From Steroidobacteraceae bacterium (GTDB taxonomy: Bacteria > Pseudomonadota > Gammaproteobacteria > Steroidobacterales > Steroidobacteraceae): a stretch of DNA of 64,000 bases. Shown here in pieces: positions 38,465 through 48,335 of this stretch. The stretch covers positions 603 to 64,602 of the forward strand of contig JBMFWZ010000004.1 in assembly GCA_049964755.1 (NCBI GenBank), in the 5' to 3' direction. Position numbers and translations under genes: made by a program. Position 1 is the stretch's first letter; every line of letters begins with the position of its first letter. The notes beneath the pieces are model-generated. The model had not been told where the DNA came from. It made no database searches and saw only the letters and a list, made by a program, of their open reading frames with translations.

Positions 38465-39529
38465 TCACGGCCGCAGTGCCGCCCGCCAGTGTTCGGCCAC
38501 GGCCGTCAGCTGAAAGCGGCGATCCGCGCCGGTGACGGGGCGCTCCCCGGCGCGCCAGGCGCAGATGCGCTCCAGGTACGCCTCGAACAGCCCGAGTCCG
38601 GCGGCGCTCCGTGCCGGCCACGCGCGCCAGTGCGGCGGCAGGGATGCACACAGCCACTCGTAGGCGCGTTGCGCACCGAGCACCGGCAGGATCTGGCGCT
38701 CATCGGCGAGGATCTCGCGCGCCGCGCCGCAGTCGTGGGTGATCACCGGAGTTCCGAGTGCGTTGGATTCGGCGAACACCAGGCCGAACGTTTCGGGGAT
38801 CACGAAATTCGGGAAGAACGTGCACAGCGCGGTGCGCACCTCGGCGTGAATGCGCTCCTGGGGCTGCGGACCGAGATAACGCACCCCCTCGAGCGCCCAG
38901 CGACCCTGCTTGTAGCCGGGATTGCCCACCACGAGCTGCAGATCGGGAATCTTGCGGCGCAGGAACCGGAATGCATCCAGAGTGTATTTCAAGCCCTTAT
39001 TGGGCGAGGAGAAAAACACGAGTTTGCGCGCATCGATGGGCGAGCCGTCCGGAGACAGTGACGCATCGATGGGGTTGTAGATCGTGCGGGCTCGGATCGA
39101 GTCGGCGGTGCGCATCCAGCGCAGCGTCGCTTCGACCGACGCGCGCTGTGTGTCGGACACGCAGATGATCTGCACCTCGAGCGCCCGCAACAGCTCGGCG
39201 CTCGAGGCCAGCCAGCGAGCGCGGCGGGAGCCCGGCCGCATCCGGTCGTGCAGCCAGAGGAAAACGCGCGCATTGGGGTAGAGGCGCTGCACGTCCGCCA
39301 GCGCGCGCGAATCGCGCACGAGCACCACACACCCGACGGTCGGATCGCGCTGCGGCGGCTCGTAGCGGCCACTTTGACGGGTGCGGTTGTGCTGCACGAC
39401 GCGGGCACCGAGCGCATCGGCGATGCGAACGACACTCGCCTCGGTACCGCCGATCGCCTCGCGGCGCAGCGTGTCGGTGTCATAGACGCGCACGCAGGTC
39501 GGATCGTAAAAGACGAGCGAACTCATCAT
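38465..39529 (-). CDS. Glycosyltransferase (GT-B, GT4-like)
   Basis: Internal Met MMSSLVFYDP of ORF 38465..39625. The C-terminal ETFGLVFAESNALGTPVITHDCGAAREI is a GT4-like nucleotide-sugar binding block. Confidence 0.65.
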   Translation of the reverse strand: MMSSLVFYDPTCVRVYDTDTLRREAIGGTEASVVRIADALGARVVQHNRTRQSGRYEPPQRDPTVGCVVLVRDSRALADVQRLYPNARVFLWLHDRMRPGSRRARWLASSAELLRALEVQIICVSDTQRASVEATLRWMRTADSIRARTIYNPIDASLSPDGSPIDARKLVFFSSPNKGLKYTLDAFRFLRRKIPDLQLVVGNPGYKQGRWALEGVRYLGPQPQERIHAEVRTALCTFFPNFVIPETFGLVFAESNALGTPVITHDCGAAREILADERQILPVLGAQRAYEWLCASLPPHWRAWPARSAAGLGLFEAYLERICAWRAGERPVTGADRRFQLTAVAEHWRAALRP

Positions 39530-39698
39530 CGCATCAGGCGCCGCAACACCGTGCGCACCGCCATTCGCCGTTCGATCTGCCCATGCGTGCTCCGTGGTAG
39601 GCCGCAAGTGCGGCCGAAAGGACATCCGCGGCGGACGGGAACTCCGCTGCGCTCTTGAGAGCTTACCGTTCCAGCAACCCGTGGCGTCAAGCCGCCGA

Positions 39699-40160
39699 TC
39701 ATCGCGTCGATCCCTCTCGGGCGCGACGGGTGCGGCGCGCGCCTATCGCGCGTGCCCGCGCGGCGCGCCGCACGGGCGGGGTTTCCGAGACGCCGGGAAA
39801 ACCCCCGCGCGTCATACGCTCCTCGGGTTTGAGCAGCCCCAGACGCTCCAGGCGCGTCTCGATGGCCCGCAGCGTTCGGCGGTGCTTCGCCGCGAGGGCC
39901 GCCGGCGTCGCACCCTCCTTGAAGGCCGCGAGCAGCTCAGCCTGTTCCGCCTCGCTCCAGGACCTCCCGACATTGTCCGGCAACTGCGCGCGCCGTTGGG
40001 CTCGGACGCCCGCTTGCTGCAGCGCATCGTGCGCACTGAGCAGGGCGCGCAGGACCTCGGCGCGGTGCAGCACCGACCCCTCCGAGAGTGGCTCTCCGCT
40101 CAGCGGATCGAGGCCATGGATCAGGGCGTTCAAAACCTCAAGGGCGCGCGATGGCTGCAT
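39699..40160 (-). CDS. Hypothetical protein with a possible small HTH/Myb-like segment and a very basic tail
   Basis: Internal Met MQPSRALEVLNAL of ORF 39699..40202. WSEAEQAELLAAFKEGATPAALAAKHRRTLRAIETRLERLGLL looks like a helix-turn-helix. I recognised no firm family. Confidence 0.4.
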   Translation of the reverse strand: MQPSRALEVLNALIHGLDPLSGEPLSEGSVLHRAEVLRALLSAHDALQQAGVRAQRRAQLPDNVGRSWSEAEQAELLAAFKEGATPAALAAKHRRTLRAIETRLERLGLLKPEERMTRGGFPGVSETPPVRRAARARAIGARRTRRAREGSTR

Positions 40161-40309
40161 GAGCTTGCTCCTGCGGATCGGACCGGCATCGATTCTCGCC
40201 ACGGCGGGCGGCTCGCCGCCAGCACATCAGCCGGCGCGTTGCGTCAGATTTGCCTCACGGGGCGCGCGGCCCGTACAGTGCGGCGCCGGTCACCGAGGAT
40301 TTCCGCACG

Positions 40310-41212
40310 ATGCGCACATTCGCCTGGTTCTTGCTGTTGATCGCCTTCAGTCTCGCCTGCATGGCCGCCTTCACCTATCCGGCCTGGTTGCTGCTGCATC
40401 CGCATTTTAGTTTTCCGTTTCACCGCATCGGCGAGCGCATCGGCATGCTCGGCTTTCTGCTCGGCTTCGTGCTCGTCGCGCGCCGGCTGCGCCTCGCCGA
40501 CCGCGCGAGTCTCGGTTTCGGCGCGCCACGGCCGCTGTATGTGCGCGAACTGGGGGTGGGACTGGCGATCGGCGCACTCACCATGTGCGCGGTGGTCGCC
40601 AGCATGGCCGTGCTCGGACTGCTCGACTGGCAGCAAGCCTCGCGCTACGGCGCCGGGGCTCTGGCGGCGCTCATCGCCAAACGGCTGCTCAGTGGATTGG
40701 CGGTCGGGCTGATCGAGGAGACCGCGCTGCGCGGTGCGATGTACGCCGGCATCGCGCGCGAGTCCGGCGCGACCACGGCCATCGTGCTCACCTCGATCAT
40801 CTTCGCCGCGACGCATTTCCTCGGGGTCTTCCACATTCCTGCGGCCGCGGTGAATCCGTGGAGCGGCGTGGCTCTGCTCGGCGGGACGCTGCGCGCCTTC
40901 GATCATCCGCTCGGCATCGCCGATGCGTTCCTCTGCCTGACGGCCGTGGGCGTGGTGCTCGCCATGGTGCGCTCGATCACCGGCAACACCGCGGCGAGCT
41001 GGGGTCTGCATGCCGGATGGGTGTGGGTGATGTTGGTGGTGCACGGGCTGGCGCAACCGAACCGCGCCGCGCCGCTGCAGTTCCTGCTCAGCCGTCACGA
41101 TGGTTTCACTGGCTGGCTGGTGCTGCTCTGGACGGTACCGCTCGCCTGGGGCCTGGCGCGCTTCTATCGCGCCCGTACGCGCCGCGCGATGCACGCGGTG
41201 CGTCTCGCCTAA
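40310..41212 (+). CDS. CPBP-family (CAAX/Abi) intramembrane glutamic endopeptidase
   Basis: Internal ATG of ORF 40250..41212. A polytopic protein with motif 1 EETALRG (EExxxR), motif 2 FAATH (FxxxH) and a later H in HAGW. Confidence 0.8.
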   Translation: MRTFAWFLLLIAFSLACMAAFTYPAWLLLHPHFSFPFHRIGERIGMLGFLLGFVLVARRLRLADRASLGFGAPRPLYVRELGVGLAIGALTMCAVVASMAVLGLLDWQQASRYGAGALAALIAKRLLSGLAVGLIEETALRGAMYAGIARESGATTAIVLTSIIFAATHFLGVFHIPAAAVNPWSGVALLGGTLRAFDHPLGIADAFLCLTAVGVVLAMVRSITGNTAASWGLHAGWVWVMLVVHGLAQPNRAAPLQFLLSRHDGFTGWLVLLWTVPLAWGLARFYRARTRRAMHAVRLA

Positions 41213-42594
41213 GGTGCGGGAACGCGGCGGGCGAGTTCGGCGAGGAGCTTCTCGTGCAGTCCGCCGAATCCGCCGTTGCTCATGATGAGCACCTGGTCGC
41301 CGCGACGGACCGAGGCGGCCAGGTCACGTGCCAGCACGTTCACCTCTGCGCGGCCGTGCGCATGGCCGCGCAGCGCGCTCAACACGGGCGTGGCGTCCCA
41401 ACCGAGATCGGCCGGCAGGTAGAGCCACACCTCATCGGCCCCGGCGAGTGCGCCGGGGAGCTGATCTCGATGCACGCCCATGCGCATCGTGTTCGAGCGC
41501 AGCTCGAGCACCGCAATGATCCGCGCGGTCCCGACTCTGCGGCGCAGTCCGTCGACGGTGGTCGCAATGGCCGTCGGGTGATGCGCGAAATCATCATAGA
41601 CGCGCACGCCATCGACCTCCCCGCGCAGCTGCATGCGGCGCGCGACGCCCTGGAACGATTCGAGCGCCGCCAATGAGTCGTGCACCGGTACGCCCGCGTG
41701 GCGCGCCGCCGCCAGGGCTGCCAGCGCGTTCTCCATGTTGTGCACGCCCATCAGATCCCAGTGCACCGTGCCGCTCGGCTCGCCGCGCTCGAGCACTTCG
41801 AAGGACGAGTAATCGGCCGCGGCGCTCAGCGGCCGCGCACTCCAGTGCACCTGAGCGCCGGCGCTGCGCGAGAAACCCTCAAGCGCCGTCCACACGCCCA
41901 TGGCGAGCGTCTGCTTGAGATTCTCATCCGCTGCGTTCCACACGATTCGCCCGCTGCCCGGCACGGTGCGCACCAGGTGGTGGAACTGACGCTGGATCGA
42001 GGCCACATCGGGGTAGATATCCGCGTGGTCGTACTCGAGGTTGTTCAGTACCGCGGTGCGCGGCCGGTAATGGACGAATTTCGCACGTTTATCGAAGAAC
42101 GCCGTGTCGTATTCGTCCGCCTCGATCACGAAGAAGGCACCGCCGCCGAGCCGCGCGCTCACCCCGAAGTTGGCCGGAACGCCGCCGATCAGAAATCCCG
42201 GCTCGCGCCCGGCGTGCGCGAGGATCCAGCTGAGCATCGAGGTGGTGGTGGTCTTGCCGTGCGTACCGGCCACCGCGAGCACCCAACGCTCGTGCAGCAG
42301 CTCACGCGCCAGCCACTCCGGACCGGAGACGTACGGTAGCCCGCGATCGAGCAGCGCCTCGACGACCGGCACGCCACGACGCATGACGTTACCGACCACG
42401 ACCACGTCGGGCCGCAGATCGAGCTGCTCCGGTCCGTAGCCCTCGATCAGTTCGATGCCGAGCGCCGTGAGCTGGGTGCTCATCGGCGGGTACACGTTCT
42501 GATCGGAACCGGTGACCCGATGACCGGCGGCGCGCGCGAGCGCCGCGACTCCGCCCATGAACGTACCGCAAACGCCAAGAACGTGAACGTGCAT
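41209..42594 (-). CDS. mpl: UDP-N-acetylmuramate:L-alanyl-gamma-D-glutamyl-meso-diaminopimelate ligase
   Basis: Internal Met MHVHVLGVCGTFMGGVAALARAAGHRVTGSD of ORF 41209..42645, with GTHGKTTTT. 461 aa. Confidence 0.9.
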   Translation of the reverse strand: MHVHVLGVCGTFMGGVAALARAAGHRVTGSDQNVYPPMSTQLTALGIELIEGYGPEQLDLRPDVVVVGNVMRRGVPVVEALLDRGLPYVSGPEWLARELLHERWVLAVAGTHGKTTTTSMLSWILAHAGREPGFLIGGVPANFGVSARLGGGAFFVIEADEYDTAFFDKRAKFVHYRPRTAVLNNLEYDHADIYPDVASIQRQFHHLVRTVPGSGRIVWNAADENLKQTLAMGVWTALEGFSRSAGAQVHWSARPLSAAADYSSFEVLERGEPSGTVHWDLMGVHNMENALAALAAARHAGVPVHDSLAALESFQGVARRMQLRGEVDGVRVYDDFAHHPTAIATTVDGLRRRVGTARIIAVLELRSNTMRMGVHRDQLPGALAGADEVWLYLPADLGWDATPVLSALRGHAHGRAEVNVLARDLAASVRRGDQVLIMSNGGFGGLHEKLLAELARRVPAP

Positions 42595-42626
42595 AATGGT
42601 GCAGGATTGTACCGGTCGGAACGCCA

Positions 42627-43703
42627 TTGCACCCAGCTGCCACACCTGCGGCCATCGACGACATCGCCGCGCGCCTCAGCGCTCAAAGCGCCATTGGGAT
42701 AGACACCGAGTTTCTGCGCGAACGCACCTACCACGCCGAGCTGTGTCTGGTGCAGCTGTCCTGGGAGGATCAGGCCGCCTGCGTCGATCCGCTCGCACTG
42801 CCGGACCTGAGCGCACTCTCGCCGGCGCTCGGCGGATCCTCTGCGGTGAAAGTGCTGCACGCCTCCCGACAGGACCTCGAGGTGCTGCTCCCGGCGGTCG
42901 GGCCGGTACGGCCGATCTTCGACACCCAGATCGCCGCAGCGCTCGCCGGAGAGGCGGCGCAGATGGGCTACGCGGAACTGGTGCGCCGCACGCTCGGGCT
43001 CGAGCTCGCCAAGGGGCAGACGCGCACCGACTGGTCGCGCCGCCCGCTCACCCCTGAGCAGATCGAATACGCCCTCGATGACGTGCGCCATCTGCTCGCT
43101 CTGAAGACGGCGCTTGAGGAGCGCCTCGAGCGCCTCGGCCGACTGTCCTGGCTCGCCGAGGAGCTCACCGCGCTCGAGGATCCGGCGGCCCTCAGTGTCG
43201 ATCCGCAGTCCGCCTGGCGGCGCCTGAAGGGTTTCACCGGACTTGATCCGGGCCGCCAGCGCCTGCTGCAATCGCTGGCGGCCTGGCGTGAGCGCCGCGC
43301 GCTCGAGCGCAACCGACCCCGCGGCTGGATCCTCGCCGATGCGCTGCTGCGGGACATCGTGCTGCGGGTGCCGCGCACTCGGGCGCAACTCGCCGTCCTG
43401 GAGGGCATGCCGCCCGGACTGCTCGGGCGCAGCGGCGAGGAGCTGCTCGATTTGGTGCGCGCCGCCGACATTCCCGACCCGGCCCCGCAGGTCCTGCGGT
43501 CTCGACCCGACCCGCAGGTGACGGCATTGCTGAAGAAGCTGAGTGCGGTGCACCAGGCGGCAGCCACCGAGCTCGCGCTGAGCCCGGAAGTCCTCGCCAC
43601 GCGCCGCGACCTCGAGCAGCTCGCGGCGGGGCGCCTCGACGGACTGCCGCTCACCGGCTGGCGCCGCGCAGTGCTCGGCGAGCGGCTGCTCGCGGCGCTC
43701 TGA
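42627..43703 (+). CDS. rnd: Ribonuclease D
   Basis: 358 aa with a TTG start. DEDD exonuclease motifs IGIDTEF...LVQL, a YALDDV-type motif (EYALDDVRHL) and an HRDC region. Confidence 0.85.
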   Translation: MHPAATPAAIDDIAARLSAQSAIGIDTEFLRERTYHAELCLVQLSWEDQAACVDPLALPDLSALSPALGGSSAVKVLHASRQDLEVLLPAVGPVRPIFDTQIAAALAGEAAQMGYAELVRRTLGLELAKGQTRTDWSRRPLTPEQIEYALDDVRHLLALKTALEERLERLGRLSWLAEELTALEDPAALSVDPQSAWRRLKGFTGLDPGRQRLLQSLAAWRERRALERNRPRGWILADALLRDIVLRVPRTRAQLAVLEGMPPGLLGRSGEELLDLVRAADIPDPAPQVLRSRPDPQVTALLKKLSAVHQAAATELALSPEVLATRRDLEQLAAGRLDGLPLTGWRRAVLGERLLAAL

Positions 43704-43724
43704 GCGCGCGGGAGACTCCGGGAC

Positions 43725-44381
43725 TCAGCCCTCGAGGGCCTGCTCGAGCCGGGCCGATACCGTCTCGAGGTCGCCCTCGGCATCGATGGTGCGCAGCAAG
43801 CCCTGGCTGCGGAAATAATCGACCAGCGGACGGGTCTGCTCATCGTACACGCGCAGCCGCTGCGCGACGGTCGCCTCATTGTCGTCCGGACGCTGGAACA
43901 GCCGGTGCGGCTCACCCGTCTTCGGGCAGCGCTCCTGCTTAAGCGCACCGGCCGGCAGCGTGAGCAGGTTGACGACCCGGCCGCAGTCGCTGCAGGTGCG
44001 CCGCCCAGCGATGCGCCGCGAGAGTTCCCCGTAATCCACGTTCAGCTGCACCACCGCATCGAGCGGCTGGCCGATCGTGCGCAACAGCTCATCGAGCGCG
44101 CGAGCCTGGGCGAGATTGCGCGGAAAGCCATCGAGAATGAACCCTGCGCGGGTATCGGACTCCCCGAGCCGCTCGCGGATCATGCCGAGCACGATCTCAT
44201 CGGCGACCAGCCGCCCGGCGGCCATCGCCTCCTGGGCCTGAAGTCCGAGCGGTGTACCTTTGGCGACCGCCGCGCGCAGCAGATCCCCGGTCGAGATCTG
44301 CGGAATGTGATGCCGCTCCACCAGCCGCTGTGATTGCGTGCCCTTGCCCGAGCCTGGAGCCCCCAACAGGACGATGCGCAT
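43725..44381 (-). CDS. adk: Adenylate kinase
   Basis: 218 aa. MRIVLLGAPGSGKGTQ and a lid with C..C...C (RRTCSDCGR...CPKTGE). Confidence 0.95.
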   Translation of the reverse strand: MRIVLLGAPGSGKGTQSQRLVERHHIPQISTGDLLRAAVAKGTPLGLQAQEAMAAGRLVADEIVLGMIRERLGESDTRAGFILDGFPRNLAQARALDELLRTIGQPLDAVVQLNVDYGELSRRIAGRRTCSDCGRVVNLLTLPAGALKQERCPKTGEPHRLFQRPDDNEATVAQRLRVYDEQTRPLVDYFRSQGLLRTIDAEGDLETVSARLEQALEG

Positions 44382-44540
44382 GAGTATGACTATTTTAGTA
44401 CGAAAGGTCTTGCACCATACCGGGGCGCTGCAAGGCGGTCAAACCTCACGCGCCCACCATCGTCCCGCCGGGCGAGGCGGCCCGCGCTGCGCTATCCTTG
44501 CCGCTGACGCGACAACACGCGCCCCGGGGGGGCGCATGCC

Positions 44541-45812
44541 ATGAAGCACACCGGCAGACAGAATGCGCTCTATGCCCAGTCGGGCGGGGTCTCGGCCGTC
44601 ATCAATGCCTCGGCCTGCGGGGTGATCGAGACGGCGCTGCGCCGCAGCCGACACATCGGCAAGGTCTACGTGGGCCGCGACGGCATCATCGGGGCGCTCA
44701 CCGAAGACTTGATCGACGTCGGACGCGAGAGCGCTGCGAGCATCCGCGCCCTGAAGCACACCCCGGGCGGGGCGTTCGGCTCGGCCCGCTTCAAGCTGAA
44801 GAGCCTCGAGCAGAACCGCGCCGAATACGAGCGGCTCATCGAGGTGTTTCGCGCCCACGACATCGGCTACTTCTTCTATAACGGCGGCAACGACTCGATG
44901 GACACCGCGCTGAAGGTGTCGCAGATCGGCGAGTCGCTCGGTTACCCCGTCACCTGCGTGGGCGTGCCGAAGACCGTGGACAACGACCTACCGCATACGG
45001 ATTGCTGCCCGGGCTTCGGCTCGGCCGCGAAGTACGTGGCGGTCTCGACCCGCGAGGCGGCGCTCGACGTGGCCTCGATGGCGCGCACCTCGACGAAGGT
45101 CTTCGTGTTCGAGGTCATGGGTCGGCATGCCGGTTGGATCGCTGCGGCGGGCGGGCTCGCGGGGCGCAAACCGAGCGACGCGCCGCACATCATCCTCTTT
45201 CCGGAGATCCCCTTCGAGCCCGAGCGCTTCCTTGAGCGTGCCAAGCAGTGCGTCGAGGAGTACGGCTACTGCGTCGTGGTGGTCTCGGAAGGGGCGGCCT
45301 ACGGTGACGGACGCTTTCTCGCCGAGGCGGGAACCCGAGATGCCTTCGGACACGCGCAGCTCGGCGGCGCCGCGCCGGTGCTCGCCAACATGATCCGCGA
45401 GCGGCTCGGCTACAAATATCATTGGGCGGTGGCGGACTACCTGCAACGCTCGGCCCGGCACATCGCCTCGAAAGTCGACGTCGAGCAGGCCTATGCGGTC
45501 GGCAAGGCCGCCGTGGAACTCGCCGTCCAAGGGACCAACGCGGTGATGCCCACCATCGTGCGCAAGCGCGCCAAGCCCTATCAATGGACCATCGGGCACG
45601 TGCCGCTCAGCGAGGTCGCCAATCGGGAAAAGAAGGTCCCGCGCGAATTCATCACTGCGGACGGATTCGGCATCACCGCCGCCTGCCGACGCTATCTCGA
45701 ACCGCTCATCGCCGGGGAGGCGTACCCGCCGTATCGCGACGGCCTGCCCGATTACGTCCGCATCAAGGGCGCCCCTGTGCGGCGCAAGCTGAAAACGACG
45801 TTCAAAGTCTGA
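44541..45812 (+). CDS. pfp: Pyrophosphate-dependent 6-phosphofructokinase (PPi-PFK)
   Basis: 423 aa. YAQSGGVSAVINAS is present. GGNDS places Asp at the position of the last Gly of the ATP-PFK GGDG motif, and PKTVDND places Lys where ATP-PFKs have Gly. Both are known PPi-specificity markers. Confidence 0.85.
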   Translation: MKHTGRQNALYAQSGGVSAVINASACGVIETALRRSRHIGKVYVGRDGIIGALTEDLIDVGRESAASIRALKHTPGGAFGSARFKLKSLEQNRAEYERLIEVFRAHDIGYFFYNGGNDSMDTALKVSQIGESLGYPVTCVGVPKTVDNDLPHTDCCPGFGSAAKYVAVSTREAALDVASMARTSTKVFVFEVMGRHAGWIAAAGGLAGRKPSDAPHIILFPEIPFEPERFLERAKQCVEEYGYCVVVVSEGAAYGDGRFLAEAGTRDAFGHAQLGGAAPVLANMIRERLGYKYHWAVADYLQRSARHIASKVDVEQAYAVGKAAVELAVQGTNAVMPTIVRKRAKPYQWTIGHVPLSEVANREKKVPREFITADGFGITAACRRYLEPLIAGEAYPPYRDGLPDYVRIKGAPVRRKLKTTFKV

Positions 45813-45913
45813 TAGTTCTCGAGTCCTGCGGCCGCACGGCTGCCGCGAGCCGGGCGGCCTGCGTTCGGTGTTTCGCGGCCTTTGTGGAGTGAAATCCAGG
45901 GGGAGAACGACTG

Positions 45914-47974
45914 ATGAGTCCGAATATGTGGCTTTGGGCGGCGATCGCCGCCGGTGTGCTCGCCGTGCTCTACGGCGCGATTTCGACGACGGCGATTTTG
46001 CGCCTGCCCGCGGGAAATGCCCGCATGCAGGAGATTGCCGCGGCCGTGCAGGCCGGGGCCAAGGCGTACCTCAGGCGCCAGTACAGCACCATCCTGATGG
46101 TCGGGATCGTGGTGTTCCTCGTTCTCGGGTTCTTCATCAGTTGGCCGACCGCTGGCGGCTTCGCGATCGGCGCGCTGCTGTCCGGTGCGGCCGGCTACAT
46201 CGGCATGAGCATCGCCGTGCGCGCCAACGTGCGCACGGCCGAAGCGGCCTCGCGCGGACTGAACGCAGCACTGGCGGTCGCCTTTCGCGGCGGTTCGATC
46301 ACCGGCATGCTGGTCGTCGGGCTCGGACTGCTCGGAGTGGCCGGCTATTTCGCCATCCTGCGCCATACGATCGGTCAGCCCGCGGCACTGCACGCCCTGG
46401 TCGGACTGGCCTTCGGCGGCTCACTGATCTCGATCTTCGCTCGGCTCGGCGGCGGGATCTTCACCAAGGGCGCAGACGTCGGGGCGGATCTGGTCGGCAA
46501 GGTCGAGGCGGGGATCCCGGAAGATGATCCACGCAACCCCGCGGTGATCGCCGACAACGTCGGAGATAACGTCGGGGACTGTGCGGGCATGGCGGCCGAC
46601 CTGTTCGAGACGTACGCGGTCACGGTAGTCGCCACCATGTTGCTCGGCGGGCTGCTGTTCGGCGGACACGGCAACGGCTCGGGGTTCACCGCCGCCGTCT
46701 ACCCGCTGGCACTCGGCGCGATGTCGATCGTCTCCTCGATCATCGGCACGTTCTTCGTCTCGACGCGCGAGGGCGGCAAGATCATGAACGCGCTCTACAA
46801 GGGCGTGACGGTCTCCGGCATCGTCTCGGCGATCGGATTCTACTTCATCACCCGCGCACTGATGCCCGAGGAAGGGATGGCGCTGTTCGGCTGCGCGTTG
46901 ATCGGACTGGCGCTCACCGCTGCGCTGATCGTGATCACCGAGTACTACACCGCCACCGAGTACGCTCCGGTGCGCAGAATCGCGGCGGCCTCACAGACCG
47001 GCCATGCCACCAACATCATCGCCGGCCTCGGCGTGTCGATGAAGTCGACCGCACTGCCGGTGATCGCGGTGTGCCTGGCGATCTGGGGTTCGTATCGGCT
47101 CGGTGAAGTTCATGGCGTCGGCCTCTACGGCATCGCCGTCGCCGCCACCGCGATGCTCTCGATGACCGGCATGATCGTTGCGCTCGATGCGTACGGTCCG
47201 ATCACCGACAACGCCGGTGGCATCGCCGAGATGGCCGGCCTGCCGAAGCAAGTGCGCGACATCACCGATCCGCTCGACGCGGTGGGCAACACGACCAAGG
47301 CGGTCACCAAAGGCTATGCGATCGGCTCGGCCGCACTCGCTGCGCTGGTGCTGTTCGCCGACTACACCCACAACCTTGAGGCCGCCGGCAAGCTGGTCAC
47401 CTTCTCGCTGTCCGATCCTGCCGTGATCATCGGCCTGTTCATCGGCGGCCTGGTGCCGTACCTGTTCGCGGCGCTGGCGATGGAGGCGGTGGGCCGCGCC
47501 GCCGGCGCGGTGGTGAACGAGGTACGCCGGCAGTTCCGCGAGATCAAGGGCATCATGGACGGCAGCGCCAAGCCCGACTACTCGCGCGCCGTCGACCTGC
47601 TGACCCGCGCGGCGATCCGCGAGATGATCATTCCCTCACTGCTGCCGATCCTCGTGCCGGTAGTCCTGGTGGTGGTGATGAACTTCCTCATGGGTCCGGG
47701 AGCCGGCATCAAGGCGCTCGGCGGACTGCTGATCGGCACCATCGTCACGGGATTGTTCGTCGCGGTGTCGATGACGACCGGCGGGGGCGCCTGGGACAAC
47801 GCCAAGAAATACATCGAAGAAGGTAACTACGGCGGCAAGGGTTCCGAGGCGCACAAGGCTGCGGTGACCGGCGACACGGTCGGGGATCCGTACAAGGACA
47901 CCGCCGGCCCTGCGATCAACCCGCTGATCAAAATCATCAACATCGTCGCGCTGCTGATGATTCCGCTGCTCTGA
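45914..47974 (+). CDS. hppA: Membrane-bound proton-translocating pyrophosphatase, K+-independent type
   Basis: 686 aa polytopic protein. Contains [37 protein letters not shown] has Lys in GNTTKA, where K+-dependent enzymes carry Ala. Confidence 0.95.
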   Translation: MSPNMWLWAAIAAGVLAVLYGAISTTAILRLPAGNARMQEIAAAVQAGAKAYLRRQYSTILMVGIVVFLVLGFFISWPTAGGFAIGALLSGAAGYIGMSIAVRANVRTAEAASRGLNAALAVAFRGGSITGMLVVGLGLLGVAGYFAILRHTIGQPAALHALVGLAFGGSLISIFARLGGGIFTKGADVGADLVGKVEAGIPEDDPRNPAVIADNVGDNVGDCAGMAADLFETYAVTVVATMLLGGLLFGGHGNGSGFTAAVYPLALGAMSIVSSIIGTFFVSTREGGKIMNALYKGVTVSGIVSAIGFYFITRALMPEEGMALFGCALIGLALTAALIVITEYYTATEYAPVRRIAAASQTGHATNIIAGLGVSMKSTALPVIAVCLAIWGSYRLGEVHGVGLYGIAVAATAMLSMTGMIVALDAYGPITDNAGGIAEMAGLPKQVRDITDPLDAVGNTTKAVTKGYAIGSAALAALVLFADYTHNLEAAGKLVTFSLSDPAVIIGLFIGGLVPYLFAALAMEAVGRAAGAVVNEVRRQFREIKGIMDGSAKPDYSRAVDLLTRAAIREMIIPSLLPILVPVVLVVVMNFLMGPGAGIKALGGLLIGTIVTGLFVAVSMTTGGGAWDNAKKYIEEGNYGGKGSEAHKAAVTGDTVGDPYKDTAGPAINPLIKIINIVALLMIPLL

Positions 47975-47988
47975 GGCAAGACCGTGAC

Positions 47989-48022
47989 GCGTGACTGCGG
48001 CCGCCGGCGGCCGCAGTCACGC
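47989..48022. terminator. 34-nt near-perfect palindrome (17-bp arms) between convergent hppA and a small ORF
   Basis: gcgtgactgcggccgcc|ggcggccgcagtcacgc starts 15 nt after the hppA stop. It is very GC-rich and has no U-tract, so it is probably a bidirectional terminator or RNA-stabilising hairpin. Confidence 0.5.
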
Positions 48023-48035
48023 GCCGCACATTCTC

Positions 48036-48335
48036 TCAGGCCTGGCCGGCGCGCGATTGGGTGAGCACCGCGCTCACCAGACGGTTCAGCCGCTCGCAGT
48101 AGGCCGCCACCGGCGCCTCGGATTCCGCCTGTTTACCGATCAGCGCTTGACGGATATCCGCCAAGCGCCGCTCGATGCGCTCATCGACCGTCATCGACCG
48201 GCAGATCAGCGCACTCACACAGGCGGATATCTCAGCATCCAACGCACGCGCGTCGCTGCCCGCAATCTCCACGCCCGCGAGCTCGCTGGGACAACCTGCG
48301 GCGAGATGTTCACACCATAGACGGGCAAGCTGCAT
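48036..48335 (-). CDS. Hypothetical 99-aa protein (five Cys, helical)
   Basis: ORF MQLARLWCEHLAAGCPSELAG...ERIERRLADIRQALIGKQAE... has a coding-like composition and no overlapping better gene. I recognised no family. Confidence 0.35.
   Translation of the reverse strand: MQLARLWCEHLAAGCPSELAGVEIAGSDARALDAEISACVSALICRSMTVDERIERRLADIRQALIGKQAESEAPVAAYCERLNRLVSAVLTQSRAGQA

Noticed and set aside
44515-44540. The GC hairpin gcgcccc-gg-ggggcgc immediately before the pfp ATG, considered as a possible translational riboswitch or attenuator.
   Set aside because: It is only a 7-bp stem with no conserved riboswitch core that I recognise. Such short GC hairpins are frequent in this genome's intergenic DNA.
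47994-48017. Two NotI sites (GCGGCCGC) inside the palindrome, considered as a possible cloning or engineering scar.
   Set aside because: GCGGCCGC recurs elsewhere in the window, for example near 45828, 51384, 59711 and 59741, as expected for this base composition. No vector-like sequence flanks it.
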